Assembly: GCA_951406725.2 (NCBI GenBank)
Contig: OX597832.1
Span: 28,210,001 to 28,274,000 of the forward strand
Source of the DNA: Octopus vulgaris
Taxonomy: Eukaryota
Length of the DNA: 64,000 nt
Direction of reading: 5' to 3'
Made by a program: the position numbers and the translations under genes. Shown here piece after piece: positions 49,435-64,000 of this stretch. The stretch's first letter is position 1. Each line of letters starts with the position of its first letter. The notes beneath the pieces are model-generated. The model did not search any database. It was not told the DNA's origin and saw only the letters and a program-made list of their open reading frames with translations.

Positions 49435-52400
49435 TTTCTAGGTGGAGGGAAAGAAAAAGCATGAATGCGCTTCTGGATATCTGCAGGCAAAACTACATCC
49501 AAGTTACACATTTTTTAAAGAATAATTTGGAGAATAAATATTTCAAGTGGTTGAAAGAAATGTAACAAGATCCGGGATTTAAAAACAGAAATTGGCACAA
49601 AACAATATTTACATATATATTTGCGGCAGTAAATAATAATTCTTTTCTGCTTTAGGCACAACGCCTAGAACTTTGTGGGTGGGGGTCAGGGATTGTCGAT
49701 TATATCTTCTCCAAGGTTCAACTGGTGCGTATTTCATCGACCTCCGAATTCTACGAAAGGCTAAGTCGACCTCGGTGGTTTTTTGAAAACAGAATGTAAA
49801 GCCGGAAGACATGTCGCTAAGCAATTTGTCCGACGCAGTAATGGTTCTGCCATAAATGGTAATAACATTGTGTAATACGATTTTCGTCCTTGGTAGCAAC
49901 TGTTATTCCCTACTCGCTGACCCCTGGATGGTATGAATAATGGTTAATGTTTCCCTCAAACTGTGCTTTTGTTATGATATTTATTCAAACTCCCCAAAGA
50001 ATCCCTCTCAACACATGGCTATGATGCTGCCCCACTACTCCTACTCATCATCAGGGATGCACATATTGTCAGCCACTAAGGGACATGCCCAAGTGGCTAA
50101 GGTCAAATCATCTGACAAGAAAGTCTTTGGTGTTGAGCAGAATATTTGCTATAACGATATTTCTGCTTCAGCAACTCAGCGCTGAATCTGTTTGAAATGT
50201 AATGGAAAATAGGTCAGTTTCAGAACATTGATATCCATGTGACAAAAGCAAAGATTGAAGGGAATAGCAGTCACTTCCTTTGGTTTCTAGATAGAAGCGA
50301 ATTGGAAATAACACTTACTGACCAAAGGCAGAGAGAGAAAAAAAAAAATTGTTACTCAGTGTAAATAAGCTTGGCTGCCATTGGGAGCTGAAGAAGACAA
50401 GGTGATGTACCAGCGCACTTTCAGTAATAGTCTTAGGTGCCTGTGATGGAATTGTGAGCAGACATAGGTATCTTCTCAGCCCTTCCAGCCTTGACGCAGC
50501 CAAACATCGAAGATGTAACAGCCGGAGGGAGAAAGGGAGCTATTAGCGCTGCTAGAACAAGTCTGGGACTCGTTTGTTTTTAGCTGAAGAGAGACTGAAG
50601 CAATGTGAAGAGAAGTGCTTCGTTCAAGGGACATCACATACCACCCGGTCCTAGAATCGAATTCACAATCTTAAGATCGTGTGCCCGACACCTTAACCAC
50701 TACAACACGCGCCCACACATACATACATACGTAGTACGTACATACGTATATACATACATAAATACATACGTACATACGTACATACATACATTTACACATA
50801 CATACATACATACATACGTTGTACGTACATACATACATACATACATACATATATACATACATACATACATACGTAATACGTATATACATACATACATATA
50901 TACATACATACATACATACGTACATACATACATACACACACATACACACATACATACATATATACATACATACGTACATACATACATACATACATACGTA
51001 CATACATACATACATACATATATACATACATACGTACATACATTCATACATACACACATACATACATACATATATACATACATACGTACATATTTCTGGC
51101 CTTGGACTAATCAAGAAAGCAAGAGCTATAGAAGACCACACACACACACACACACACACTTGCACAAGGAGTAAATATTTATATCACGTTCCTGTATTAA
51201 ATGTCAGTGTTTTGGAGAGACGAAAAACAAAAAGCTCTTTCTCACAGTTTCTGTCCCTTCTTTGGCAAGAATATATTCCTTTGTGTTGCGATACAGACTT
51301 AAACAAGGCCAGATAAAAAACCTCGGCGGTGCACCTGATAAACCTCAGGCGTTACCCAGATGAACCCTGATCAGAAACAAGGACTGTATTGATAAACTTG
51401 TCCCTTTTTTTTCCTTCTCGTAAATTGACGGCTTCTAATATTTCTATCCCTCAGCCCTAAACCCCACAACCACTGCCACCATCACCACATCTACCCCTTT
51501 CCTATTATCGGGCCATTCTACCCTAAATTTTGTTTCATTGTTTTTATTGCTATGGTTTTTAATGAAATTCCGGATCGACCTTCGTAACATAACAGTTTGA
51601 AATTTAGGTAATAAGGCTTGCAATGTTGAAGGGAAAGAGTCAGTGAATTCTATGGACCCTAATACGTGATTAGTAATTTGTTTTATCGACCTAAATAAAT
51701 AAATAAATAAATGGCAAGATTGCTCTCGGCGGCATTTGAACTCAGAACATGAAATGTTGAAAGAAATACTGGGCAAGGCATTTCCCTCCCTCCAATGCTC
51801 TAACGATTCTGTCCCAGTCCACCACAGCTCTCATGGCCTATAATATAACATTATAGCAACAGTGAAGCACGAACACGCAATAGACGTATTCAGCATCGAG
51901 TTTGGTTGAGTGATAGACTTAATACGTCGCCTTCTTCATCATCACCGCCGCCACCACCACCACCACTATCATGGCCGCCATCACCATATTTTGGTTGTCT
52001 TCTGCAGAGTCCAGTTCGGTGCAAATGTTTTTAACTAGGTCTCTGGTTCGAGACTAGTATCTTCCTTTTTTTTACTCCCCACAAGTCATAGAGGCCCGGA
52101 CAGAAGGGCCACCACAGATAATCTTTGTTCTTTGAGCTGAGGCATTTATAAGGAAAAAGAAAAAAAAAAGAGAGGGACTTAACTAAATACCTAAATACGA
52201 CATGGTATTTTGTCTTCACTGGGAGCTTACTTTATCCACCCCTTACTATTGAGGACCAGTGAAGATACCGGGGTGTTCATGCTGATCGCTTGGATATGGA
52301 CAGCGACCTTGGAAAGTGTTAGTTTCTGCCGGAGATTGAAACTGGATTCTGCAAACTAACATACATACATACATACATAATGTATGCATGTATATACATA

Positions 52401-52797
52401 TACATATATAATATATACACATACATATATAATATATACATATACATATCTATCTATCCACACACACAAACTGTGTAGTGCACTGTTTATTAATCTACGT
52501 TGTCAGCGCGCGTACTGTTATGCAAATTAGAGAAACAAGTTTGGTTAAGTCCTGCTTGGTATGCACAATAAATAGCTTTAAGGTGTTTGCAGATACAGAC
52601 AAGGCTATTTTTCTCTGATGAAGACTCAACATACCAGAAACCAGTCAAATTGATCTCAACTTGCTTCTTGTCCACAGAGAAATAAACCTGTGAAGTAAAT
52701 CGCTTTGTTTATTGTTCAAAGTCAGATTACAAGGATGTGCTTATAAAAATACATTCGACACAAGGCATTTGTGTCTGTCTTTATAAATCAGACTTGT

Positions 52798-53201
52798 TTA
52801 CTCTTTTACTCTTTTACTTGTTTCAGTCATTTGACTGTGGCCATGCTGGAGCACCGCCTTTAGTTGAGCAAATCGACCCCCAGGACTTACTTTTTGTAAG
52901 CCTAGTACTTATTCTATTGGCCTCTTTTGCCGAACCGCTAAGTTACGGGGACGTAAAGACACCAGCATCGGTTTGTCGGGGGACAAACACAGACACACAA
53001 ATATATACACACACATAGATACATATATACATATATACGACGGGCTTCTTTCAGTTTCCGTCTACCAAATCCACTCACAAGGCTTTGGTCGGCCCGAGGC
53101 TATAGCAGAAAACACTTGCCCAAGGTGCCACGCAGTGGGACTGAACCCGGAACCATGTGGTTGGTAAGCAAGCTACTTACCACACAGCCACTACTACGCC
53201 T
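52798..53201 (-). mobile_element. tRNA-derived SINE, family A
   Basis: Reverse-orientation full copy. A further head-less copy lies at ~53585-53884. Confidence 0.85.
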
Positions 53202-53549
53202 ATGTATAGACATTTATAGACAAAGAGAGACAGATATACACACACGATGTACAAGCTGATTGTGTGTATGTACATACGCAAATACGACAAAGCCGTTTAT
53301 TGTGGTCATTTTGGGACAGAAGGTTTCTTATAATAGCAATAAACGTTTGATGGCTTTAAGCGAAGGATATAAGAATTATCCTATGTGTTGGGACTCAGTA
53401 TTTTTAATAACAGTAATCGCTTGATAACATCTGTGATTATAATAAGCGGCTTTCATGGTACGTACGTGCGGGGGGATGAGAAAGACATACATAAAAGAAA
53501 CAGGGAAGTAAATAGAAAGTAAGGGATATATATATATATATACACACAC

Positions 53550-53585
<36 letters not shown>

Positions 53586-53805
53586 CTTTTACTCTTCTAC
53601 TCTTTTACTTGTTACAGTCATTTGACCGCGGCCATGCTGGAGCACCGCCTTTTAGTCGAGCAAATCGACCCCCAGGACTTATGCTTTTTGTAAGCCTAGT
53701 ACTTATTCTATCGGTCTCTTTTGCCGAACCGCTAAGTTACGGAGACGTAAACACACCAGCATCGGTTGTCAAGCGATGTCGGGGTGGGTGGGTGGACAAA
53801 CACAG

Positions 53806-53860
<55 letters not shown>

Positions 53861-53952
53861 CATATATACGACGGGCTTCTTTCAGGTGTGTGTTTTTATG
53901 TATGTGTGTAATATGAGTATAATCCTTACTATGCAATATATATATACGTACA

Positions 53953-53988
<36 letters not shown>

Positions 53989-54364
53989 CATACATACATA
54001 TATATATAAGTTCAGCAAAATTTAGATTCAGATGAATATGGTATTTAAGTTAAAGGCACCAGAATTTTGTATGGTATTATCCATATAAATCCATGGGGGT
54101 ATATATATTTGTATATAAATCAAATTGATTATATATATTTCTATATATATTTGTGTGTATGTATATATATATATATATATTTCTCTATATATATATTTAC
54201 TATATTTACAGGTAAAAAATACATACATACACACACACACACATACATATAATGTGCACACACATATACAAATATATACACTCATATATAAATGTGTGTG
54301 TGTGTATTTATATAGGTAGCTAGATAGACATAGATTGATAAGAATGAGCGTAGTGACTTCAACA

Positions 54365-54397
<33 letters not shown>

Positions 54398-54811
54398 TAG
54401 AGAGAGAGAGAGAAAGGGAGAGGGAGGAGAGATGAAAGTTGTTGACAAATCAAAAACTGTAATAAAAGAATAAAGATTGATACGGAAGGGAACCACCGTT
54501 ATTGTTGTTGTTGCCTTTGTTTCCACGACCACCCCACCACCACGACCACCACCACTAAATCGATACAGTGTTATTAAAAAGACTACAACGTCAGCTGCTA
54601 CAATTAATTTACACTTATCTCGACGGTTTTACATTTCATTTAATAGACACAATTACAAAAGAGCTAGTGAGTTTCATGCTTTGCGATACACTAAATTAAC
54701 GGATTTATATAAACACACCCTGTAGCTTAAAACATCACTGGGTTATTTTGCAATTGTGTATTTTAAATGATATTGCTCACTGGATGGAGTACTTTTGTTA
54801 ATCCTATTTAT

Positions 54812-54836
<25 letters not shown>

Positions 54837-54842
<6 letters not shown>

Positions 54843-55567
54843 TGTATATGCGTATGTATGTATGTATGTATGTATGTATGTATGTATGTATGTATGTATG
54901 TATGTATGTATGTATGTATGTGTGTGTATGTATGGACGTATGTAAGTATGTATGTTTGTATGGATGTATGTATGTATGTATGCATGTATGTATGTATGGA
55001 CGTATGTAAGTATGTATGTTTGTATGGATGTATGTATGTATGTGTGTATGTATGCATGTATGTATGTATGTATGTATGTATGTATGTGTGTATGTATGTA
55101 TGTATGTATGTATGTATGTATGTATGTATGTATGTATGTATGTATGTATGTATGTGTGTATGTATGTGTGTATGTGTGTATGTATGTATGTATGAGTGTA
55201 TGTGTGTATGTATGTATGTATGTATGCATGTATGTATGCATGCATGCATATATGTATGTATGTATGCATGTATGTATGTATGTATGTATGTATGTATGTA
55301 TGTATGTATGTATGTATGTATGTATGTATGTATGTATGTATGTATGTATGTATGTATGTATGTATGTATGTATGCATGTATGTATGTATGTATGTATGTA
55401 TGTATGTATGTATGTATGTATGTATGTATGTATGTATGTATGTATGTATGTATGTATGTATGTATGTATGCATGCATGTATGTATGTATGTATGTATGTA
55501 TGTATGTATGTATGCATGTATGTATGTATGTATGTATGTATGTATGTATGTATGTATGTATGTATGC

Positions 55568-55600
<33 letters not shown>

Positions 55601-55679
55601 TGTATGTATGTATGTATGTATGTATGCATGCATGTATGTATGTATGTATGTATGTATGTATGTATGTATGTATGTATGC

Positions 55680-55712
<33 letters not shown>

Positions 55713-55975
55713 TGTATGTATGTATGTATGTATGTATGTATGTATGTATGTATGTATGTATGTATGTATGTATGTATGTATGTATGTATGTATGTATGTA
55801 TATGCATGTATGTATGTATGTATGTATGTATGTATGTATGTATGTGTATGTATGTATGTATGTATGTATGTATGTATGTATGTATGTATGTATGTATGTA
55901 TGTATGTATGTATGTATGTATGTATGTATGTATGTATGTATGTATGTATGTATGTATGCATGCATGTATGTATGC
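54837..55975. repeat. ~1.1-kb (TATG)n microsatellite
   Basis: Direct reading. Source of the 370-450 aa YVCM and HTYI pseudo-ORFs. Confidence 0.97.
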
Positions 55976-56492
55976 AGTGGCGGACTGGCCAGGTAACCAA
56001 CTTGCTCGATGGCAAGTGGGCCCCTGCGCCATTAGAATCGATAAATGGGGGCCCATGTTAGTATCTAAGGGGCTCATCTCCTCAAATTTCAGAAATGTTT
56101 ATTCACTTCTGGAAGAATGCATTATTTCAGCCTGGCTGTGTTTGTAAACATTTGAAAATACTTTTAACAAAAGATAAAAAATAAATAAATAAATAGATAA
56201 ACAATAGCATTGTAGTTGAGGGTACCCCACCCCTTGTATATTAAAACCTCTTATAGAGATAGTTTTATTCAACATACACTGGTTTGATATATTATACTTT
56301 GAAGATATAATTCTTCAAAAATATATCATACTATTAAGTAAGAAAATGGAGAGATTTAATGGATACAAATTAATTTATCAATTAACAAAATTTTATAATT
56401 TGTACTGAGTGTAAATTGAAACGATTGGAGCCAATGTTAATTAAAAATTTATTTATAACCATTATATCTCTCCACTTTCTTTACTTAATAAT

Positions 56493-56545
<53 letters not shown>

Positions 56546-56740
56546 TTATAATTTTAAGGAAATTGATTCCCTGAAAATACAAGGTATTGAACCAGTATTT
56601 CCTTGGATGAAATCATTCCTTCATGAGGTTAACAACCTCCATTTAAATTTATATATATATATATATCTTGGTATGTTAAAACATTTCAGAAAAATTATAT
56701 TAATGTGTCCGACTGGTTAAAATTCTATTTATTTCTTTTG

Positions 56741-56826
56741 TGCAGCTGAAGATGGCACCGCATTTAAATTGATGTAATGATTGCATTGTTCAATTAAATG
56801 GCGCCGCTTGAAACGGTCGTACTGCA
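56741..56826 (+). ncRNA. Type I hammerhead-like motif with long stem II
   Basis: tgcag-CTGAAGA-(57-nt imperfect hairpin)-GAAA-c(ggtc)g-TA-ctgca. Confidence 0.55.
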
Positions 56827-57083
56827 TCACTACTTGATATCCTGCTGCTTATTTTGATTATATATATTATATATATATGAGGGAGTATAACTCCAAACTT
56901 ACAGGGAAAAATTCAACTTAGTATCAAATCAAATTTCACAATATAAATATATAATGTTTTAAAAATATATATTTTATTTTTTATTTATGATTTGGTTTAT
57001 GTCTATCATTGTTTGAATTACATAATAGTGGTTTTTCTCTAATTTATATATTATATATGTATGTGTCTATGTATGTATGTATG

Positions 57084-57115
<32 letters not shown>

Positions 57116-57692
57116 TGTATGTATGTATGTATGTATGTATGTATGCATGTATGTATGTATGTATGTATGTATGTATGTATGTATGTATGTATGTATGTAT
57201 GTATATGTATGCATGCATGTACGTACGAATCATATGTATATATTTGTATACACACACATGTACATAAATATATAATGTAAATACATTGTGTGTTGTGTGT
57301 GTGTGTATGTTATACATAGTTTACTAAATCCAATTTACGAAAGGTGTATATTTTGACAAAGGGATAAATATAACTCTAGCACGATGTAATTCTTACACAC
57401 ACACACATTTATACAGACATTATACATATTAAACGGAATTCAACCCATTAAGAATGTATGTTTTTAGAAATGGTTAAATGTCTAACACGACGTAATTCTT
57501 ATACACGAGCGCACACATACACACACACGTGTGTGTGTGTGTATTGGTTTTCGTTTAGCTTCCGACCATTTTCTACACAAGCAGGTACCACAAGAAGATT
57601 CGTTAAAGGTGTTGATAGGATTATAAAAAAATGAATATGTCTTGTTTATTTTGAAATTTATTGGAATTCTTCCTGTTTTGTGCGTGTTTCCT

Positions 57693-57730
<38 letters not shown>

Positions 57731-58421
57731 CGTATCCAAAGTTACACACATATATATATATATCTTAGAAGGTTTGGAGATGATGTATGGGTATTTTATA
57801 CTAGAAGAAATGAGGTACTCAGAAATTCGGATGGTTTTATATTTACAGATATTTATTTGTATATTACATGTTTTTATACATCATATACGATATATCAGCT
57901 CTTTCGTCCATTCTAGTGGAGTTTTCAAGTGCAATCATATAGAAAAATGTGTGTCTATTTAGTTTTGCTTAGGAAAGTATCACAACAGAAAAAGATGAGC
58001 AGATACCAACATCCGCTGTAAACACAGCAGTAAACACACACAGACACACATACATACACACACACACACGCAAATAAACAGAGGGATATGCATTAATACA
58101 ATAGTCTACGCTTACAATGTGTGTGTATACAATTCACTCATATCTTATGTTCTCATATATAGTCTTGCATGTATGCATTATGTATGTATGTATGCATTAT
58201 GTATGTATGTATGTATGTATGTATGTATGTATGTATGTATGTATGTATGTATGTATGGTATGTATGTATGTATGTATGTATGTATGTATGCATGTAAGTA
58301 TGTATGTATGTATCTATGTGTGTATGTACGTATGTATGTATGTGTGCTTGTCTGTGGAAGCAGCGAAAACCAATTCTTTGCTATCCATTTAGACAGGTAA
58401 ATGCGCCTTTATATATATATT

Positions 58422-58476
<55 letters not shown>

Positions 58477-59109
58477 ATTATATATATATAATGCACACAC
58501 GTACGCACGCATACATACATTATTTATGTATGCGTGTATGTATACACTGCATTCGCACATACACACATTCATATATATATATATATATACACACACTCTC
58601 GTCTATCTATCTCTCTCTCTCTCTTTTTCTGATATATAAATGCAATATTACAGAGAACCAGCCAGCCAGGATTAAATTATACACTCTGCTACTGTCTCCA
58701 TATCGTATTTCTTAAAAAAAAAACAAGGTAAAAAAGAAAAAAAAACGAGCGTCATATTTCTCCTATTTATCGATAACCAATCAATTAAGGAATGAATGGA
58801 TCGATGGAGACCAGGTTAAAATGATAGAATGATATAATAATAAAGCGAAAGAAAAAGGCAAAAGAGAGGAACCACCAACGAGAGACCCCTTTTGAAAGGG
58901 GTGTCCGGTTGTTTGAATAAATACCTTTAGAAAAGAAGGGTGAGTTAAGTGAAATGGCAGTGCTGTATCAGGTGGTATATAATATTTTGTAGTGATCTCC
59001 CTCGGTTCTTCTTACGACATTTCTACATCATTACTGACTGACTGACTGCTGCCTACTACCACCTCGACGACTACAACTCTGACTGTCACTCTCTTCGTGC
59101 TTCTCCTTC

Positions 59110-59735
<626 letters not shown>

Positions 59736-60042
59736 CTGCTGCAACTACTGCCGCTGCTTGTACAAATTGGTGCTACTGATAGTGATGGTGGTGTTGTTGG
59801 TGGTGTTGGTGTTGGTACCGCTGCTGCAGTTGTGCTATAGTGGTGGTGGTTGTAACTGTGACTGTTAAGGCGGTAGTTGCGGCGCAGTAGCAATGAAATT
59901 GTAACAGTAGTTAGTCTTGGTGGTGGTAGTGGTGCTTAGTGCCATTGTGACGGTGATGGTGTTGTTGTTGTTGGTGGTGGTGCCGGATGTGGCGGCCCTG
60001 GTGGCCTTGGTGCCGGATGTGGTGGTGATGACAGGATGGTTG

Positions 60043-60091
<49 letters not shown>

Positions 60092-60694
60092 CAGCTGCGG
60101 CGATGGTGGTGGTGGTGGTGGTGGTGGTGGTGGGTATGGATGGGGTGGGGTGAGGGTGGTTAGCTTGGTTACAGATAAATGGTGATAGTTGTTGCGATGA
60201 TGGTGATGATGATGGTGATGGTGGTGGCCGTGGTGATGGTGATGGTGATGGTAGTCCCGCTACGAGTAAAATGATGGCGGCAAGGGTGATGGTGGTGGAG
60301 ATGGAAGTGGTGCAGGGGCTGGCGGTGGTGGAACTGCTACGAGATATCCGTGCTGTTGTTGTTGCTTCTGCTGCTGGTGGTGATGGTGATGGTGATGGTT
60401 TAGTAGCTGCGGTACCATTGCGTGGATGGATCAGTGGCGGTTGTGGTGGTGGTGGTAGTAGTAGGGTGCGATGTAACGTTTGCGTGCGCGCGCGTGCGTG
60501 CACACGATGCGTATATGCGTGATGCATGTGTGCAAGTGCATGTGTGTGCGTGTGTGTGTGTGCGTGAGTGTAATGCGCATGTTCATATGTGTGTGTGTGT
60601 GTGTGTGTGTGTATGTGAGTCTAATTGTAAATATTCTGGCGATTCTTAGGTTAGTGAGGGTGGTTATAAGGCTGGTGCTACTCATGGTAATAGC

Positions 60695-60727
<33 letters not shown>

Positions 60728-61567
60728 TGTTGTAGTAGTAGTAGTAGTAGTAGTGTAATCAATTAAGTGGATGGAATCAAAGTTATGGCTTAAAAACGGC
60801 AGCGAGGTAGCGGCAGGTGGTGGAGAGGAAGCGAGGTGGAAAGTAAGAACAGGTGGAGGTGTGTGTGAGAGAGAGAGATAGAGAGGTGAGCAGAAGGGGT
60901 GAGAGTGAAAGTGGAAGAGTGCAGAGAGAGAGAGAGAGAGAAAGAGAGAGAATAAGGTCTGAGCAGGTGAGCGAGACTAAGAGAGAGAGAGAGAGAAAGG
61001 TTGAGAGAAGAGGGGAATTGATCAACATTACAAGGTAACCCCTAAACGAGATAACCCCTACACATACACCCCCTCCACCCAAATCTGATGAAATAATGTT
61101 AGTCAGCTCCCCATCTCCACAGACCCTCCAGGCCATTCACAGAACCTCTTCACATTTATTCCAAACACCAAAAGACAGAGTTCCTTTTTTTTATGATGTT
61201 TCTTACCCCATCTTCCCCACCTCTTAAACAAACTCTCCCCTAATCCTCTACATCAGGGATTCTTAATTACCCCCTTTTTTTTGTGTAGTGCCTCCTGTTT
61301 TTAAAGTACTTGTGAAATGAAGTGTTTTACTCAGGAACACAATGCATCGTCCATTCTAGGGATTGAAACCATGATCTTTCAATCAGGAGTGCAATAGCCT
61401 AACCACAAGGCCACTTCATGTTGTAGGATGTAACCAAAAAGGTTGGCACCAGGAGGGGTGCCCTGCGTCAAAATGTGCTGTCCAGCCCATGGCCAGCATA
61501 AAAAAAGGGAGGCATGAAAATGATGACAATAATTAGTTATGATGATAATAATGGTTTATACCAGTAA

Positions 61568-61905
61568 GGCGCATGGCTCAGTGGTTAGAGCATCAAGCTC
61601 ACGATCGTGAGGTTGTGAGTTCGAATCCCGGACTGGGCTGCGTGTTGTGTTCTTGAGCAAGACACTTTATTTTACGTTGCTCCAGTTTACTCAGCTGTAG
61701 AAATGAGTTGCAACGTCACAGATGCCAAGCTGTATCGGCCCCTTTGCCTTTCCCTTGGATGACACTGGTGGCGTGCAGAGGGAAGGCCTGTATGCATGGG
61801 CGACTGCTGGTCTTCTATAAACAACCTTGCCCGGACTTGTGCCTGGGAGGGTAACTTTCTAGGTGCAATCCCATTGTCTGTGTCGTGACCGAAGGGGGGT
61901 CTCAA
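61568..61905 (+). mobile_element. tRNA-derived CORE-like SINE with 10-bp TSD
   Basis: ggcgcatggctcagtggttagagc...gttcgaatcc (A and B boxes), cttgagcaagacactt core, and ATACCAGTAA at 61558-61567 and 61906-61915. Confidence 0.8.
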
Positions 61906-62197
61906 ATACCAGTAATAATTGGTACAATTTGGTTTTGTGAGTAAATGCCTAAATGACAAGTTGAGAAAGCTGGGGTTTTCAGAAGAAGAAATCAACCAAT
62001 TCACACATTACAAATACAACCTGTAAGTGGAACAATAAAAATACGCAAGACTTTTCTCAAGTTTAAAGTGTGACATTGTTTTTGTTATTTGCATTCTAAC
62101 AATGGGGCTTTGCATTTTTGTTAGAAACCAGCTCCTTCCTCTTAGGAAGAATTCAAATAATTAAAAAAGAAGAGAACATACATACATACATACACAC

Positions 62198-62228
<31 letters not shown>

Positions 62229-62604
62229 CACACACACACACACACATACATACACACAAACATACATACGTACATGTATCCATACATACATGCATACATA
62301 CATGTTCACACAGCATGTTTACTCACATGACTCTCTTAAAAAGGTGACAGTGCACACATAAAACTACCAAGAACTCACCCAGATCATCCAGTGATCCAGT
62401 GTATATATTGCTGTGTCCACATGATGGAACAGCTGCTGTACAACAGTGTACACAGGGATGTGTTTATACAATGGAACAGCTGATGCTGTGTACACAAAGG
62501 GGAGGGTGCAGGGAACAGCTGGGGTCTTTATTAGTGTTTACATCCATGGAGTATATAGTTAACATGTACTCTGTAGCAGACAGTATTTCATTATTCACAT
62601 GTGT

Positions 62605-63000
62605 GGAGGCGCAATGGCCCAGTGGTTAGGGCAGCGGACTTGCGGTCGTAGGATCGCGGTTTCGATTCCCAGACCAGGCGTTGTGAGTGTTTATTGAGCG
62701 AAAACACCTAAAGCTCCACGAGGCTCCGGCAGGGGATGGTGGTGATCCCTGCTGTACTCTTTCACCACAACTTTTCTCTCAACGGAGTGCTTCCATCCAT
62801 TATTCACATGTAGCGATTTACCTGGAGTTTGACTGTTTTCTCAAGGAGTACGCTGTTTACTTGCTCATCTTCTTTTAATATCCCCGAGAACTACATTAAG
62901 GGCACACGTGTCTGTGGAGTGCTCAGCCACTTACACGTTAATTTCACGAGCAGGCTGTTCCGTTGATCGGATCAACCGGAACCCTCATCGTCGTAACCAA
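62605..63000 (+). mobile_element. Family C SINE, interrupted
   Basis: Head 62605-62780 and 3' half 62880-63000, separated by a copy of the downstream flank. Confidence 0.75.
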
Positions 63001-64000
63001 CAGAGTGCTTCCATCCATTATTTACATGTAGCGATTTACCTTGAGTTTGACTGTTTCCTCAAGGAGTATGCTGTTTGCTTCCTCATCATCTTTTAAATGT
63101 CCCCTTTTTCAGCCTGGCATGGCTCAGACGGAATTTACTGCAGCAGACTTCGTACAGCCGGATGCTCTTCCTGTTGCCAACTATCACCTGTTTGCAAGCC
63201 AGGAAATGACTGGATGTGTTTCCGTGGAACATAGGGAACAAAGGACACTGCTTGTATGACGGGGATGCTCGTTTACAACCTTCACATAATGTCAAGACAG
63301 GGAGACACACACCACACACATACACACCCACACAAACATGGTGGGCTTCTTTCAGTTTCCATCTAGCTAATACTGATAAAGCTTTGACATCCTTGAGCTA
63401 TAGTAGAAGACACTTGCCCAAAGGACTATACTGTGGGACTGAACCTACAGACCCCATAGTTGAGAAGTAAGGTTCTTACCTGCACAGGTAAGTCTTCAAT
63501 AGTAATTATTCATGTGGGCAGAGCGTAAATACCAGATAATTGATATACAAATCAAAGTATGGCGGCGAGCTGGCAGAAATGTTAGCACGGCGGACGAAAT
63601 GCTTACCGGTATTTCATCTGTCATTACGTTCTGAGTTCAAATTCCGCCGAGGTCGACTTTGTCTTTCATCCTTTCAAGGTCGATAAATAAAGTACCAGTT
63701 TCACACTGGGGTCGATGTAATCGATTTAATCACTTTGTCTGTCCTTGTTTGTCCCCTCTATGTTTAGCTCCTTGTATGCAGTAAAGAAATATATAGAAAT
63801 CAAGGCATCTGATGGGGTTTTGTTGTATGTAAACGAAAGTGATGCTGCAGAACTGCAAGCTTGCTCGTATGTTGCTGAAGAGCCGGATGGTTACGAGTAA
63901 GAACAGGAGTGAAATAAACTTTTGCAAAACTCCAAAAAGGTTTGCTCAAAGACAAGACAGTTTCTGGTTTGTGGTCTTTTATACTACCTACCTATCTACG

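Noticed and set aside
54743-56147. Long ORFs of 266-450 aa on both strands
   Set aside because: Translations of a (TATG)n microsatellite, which lacks stop codons. No coding complexity.
59865-60758. Pro/Thr- or Val-rich ORFs
   Set aside because: Built from (GGT)n, (GTA)n and (AT)n repeats. No domain or splice support.

Overview
This is AT-rich, microsatellite- and SINE-dense eukaryotic DNA. The repeat families and protein sequence point to a coleoid cephalopod, probably Octopus (inferred, not database-checked). The only protein-coding gene is an NMDA receptor GluN1 subunit (GRIN1/NMDAR1 orthologue) on the minus strand. I assembled 14 GT-AG coding exons from the ATG at 40715 down to 430: 2341 nt, 780 codons, all phases compatible, covering signal peptide, ATD, S1, M1-M3 and most of S2. 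M4 and the C-terminus lie beyond the left edge, and a non-coding first exon must lie upstream of 40772. Almost all ORFs in the supplied track are microsatellite or SINE artefacts. The introns hold tRNA-derived SINEs, RTE and CR1 LINE 3' ends, Helitrons, piggyBac/MULE/hAT-like MITEs and Penelope-type hammerhead ribozyme motifs. The most notable signal is potential intramolecular dsRNA in the pre-mRNA. It includes an inverted copy of the exon-6 splice acceptor plus 18 exon nt placed 5 kb upstream, which would loop out an in-frame pair of exons. It also includes a 102-bp palindrome fully paired only on the transcribed strand, a ~210-bp inverted repeat ahead of the pore exon, and inverted SINE pairs. 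These are candidate ADAR-editing or splicing-control elements, but no function can be shown from sequence alone.
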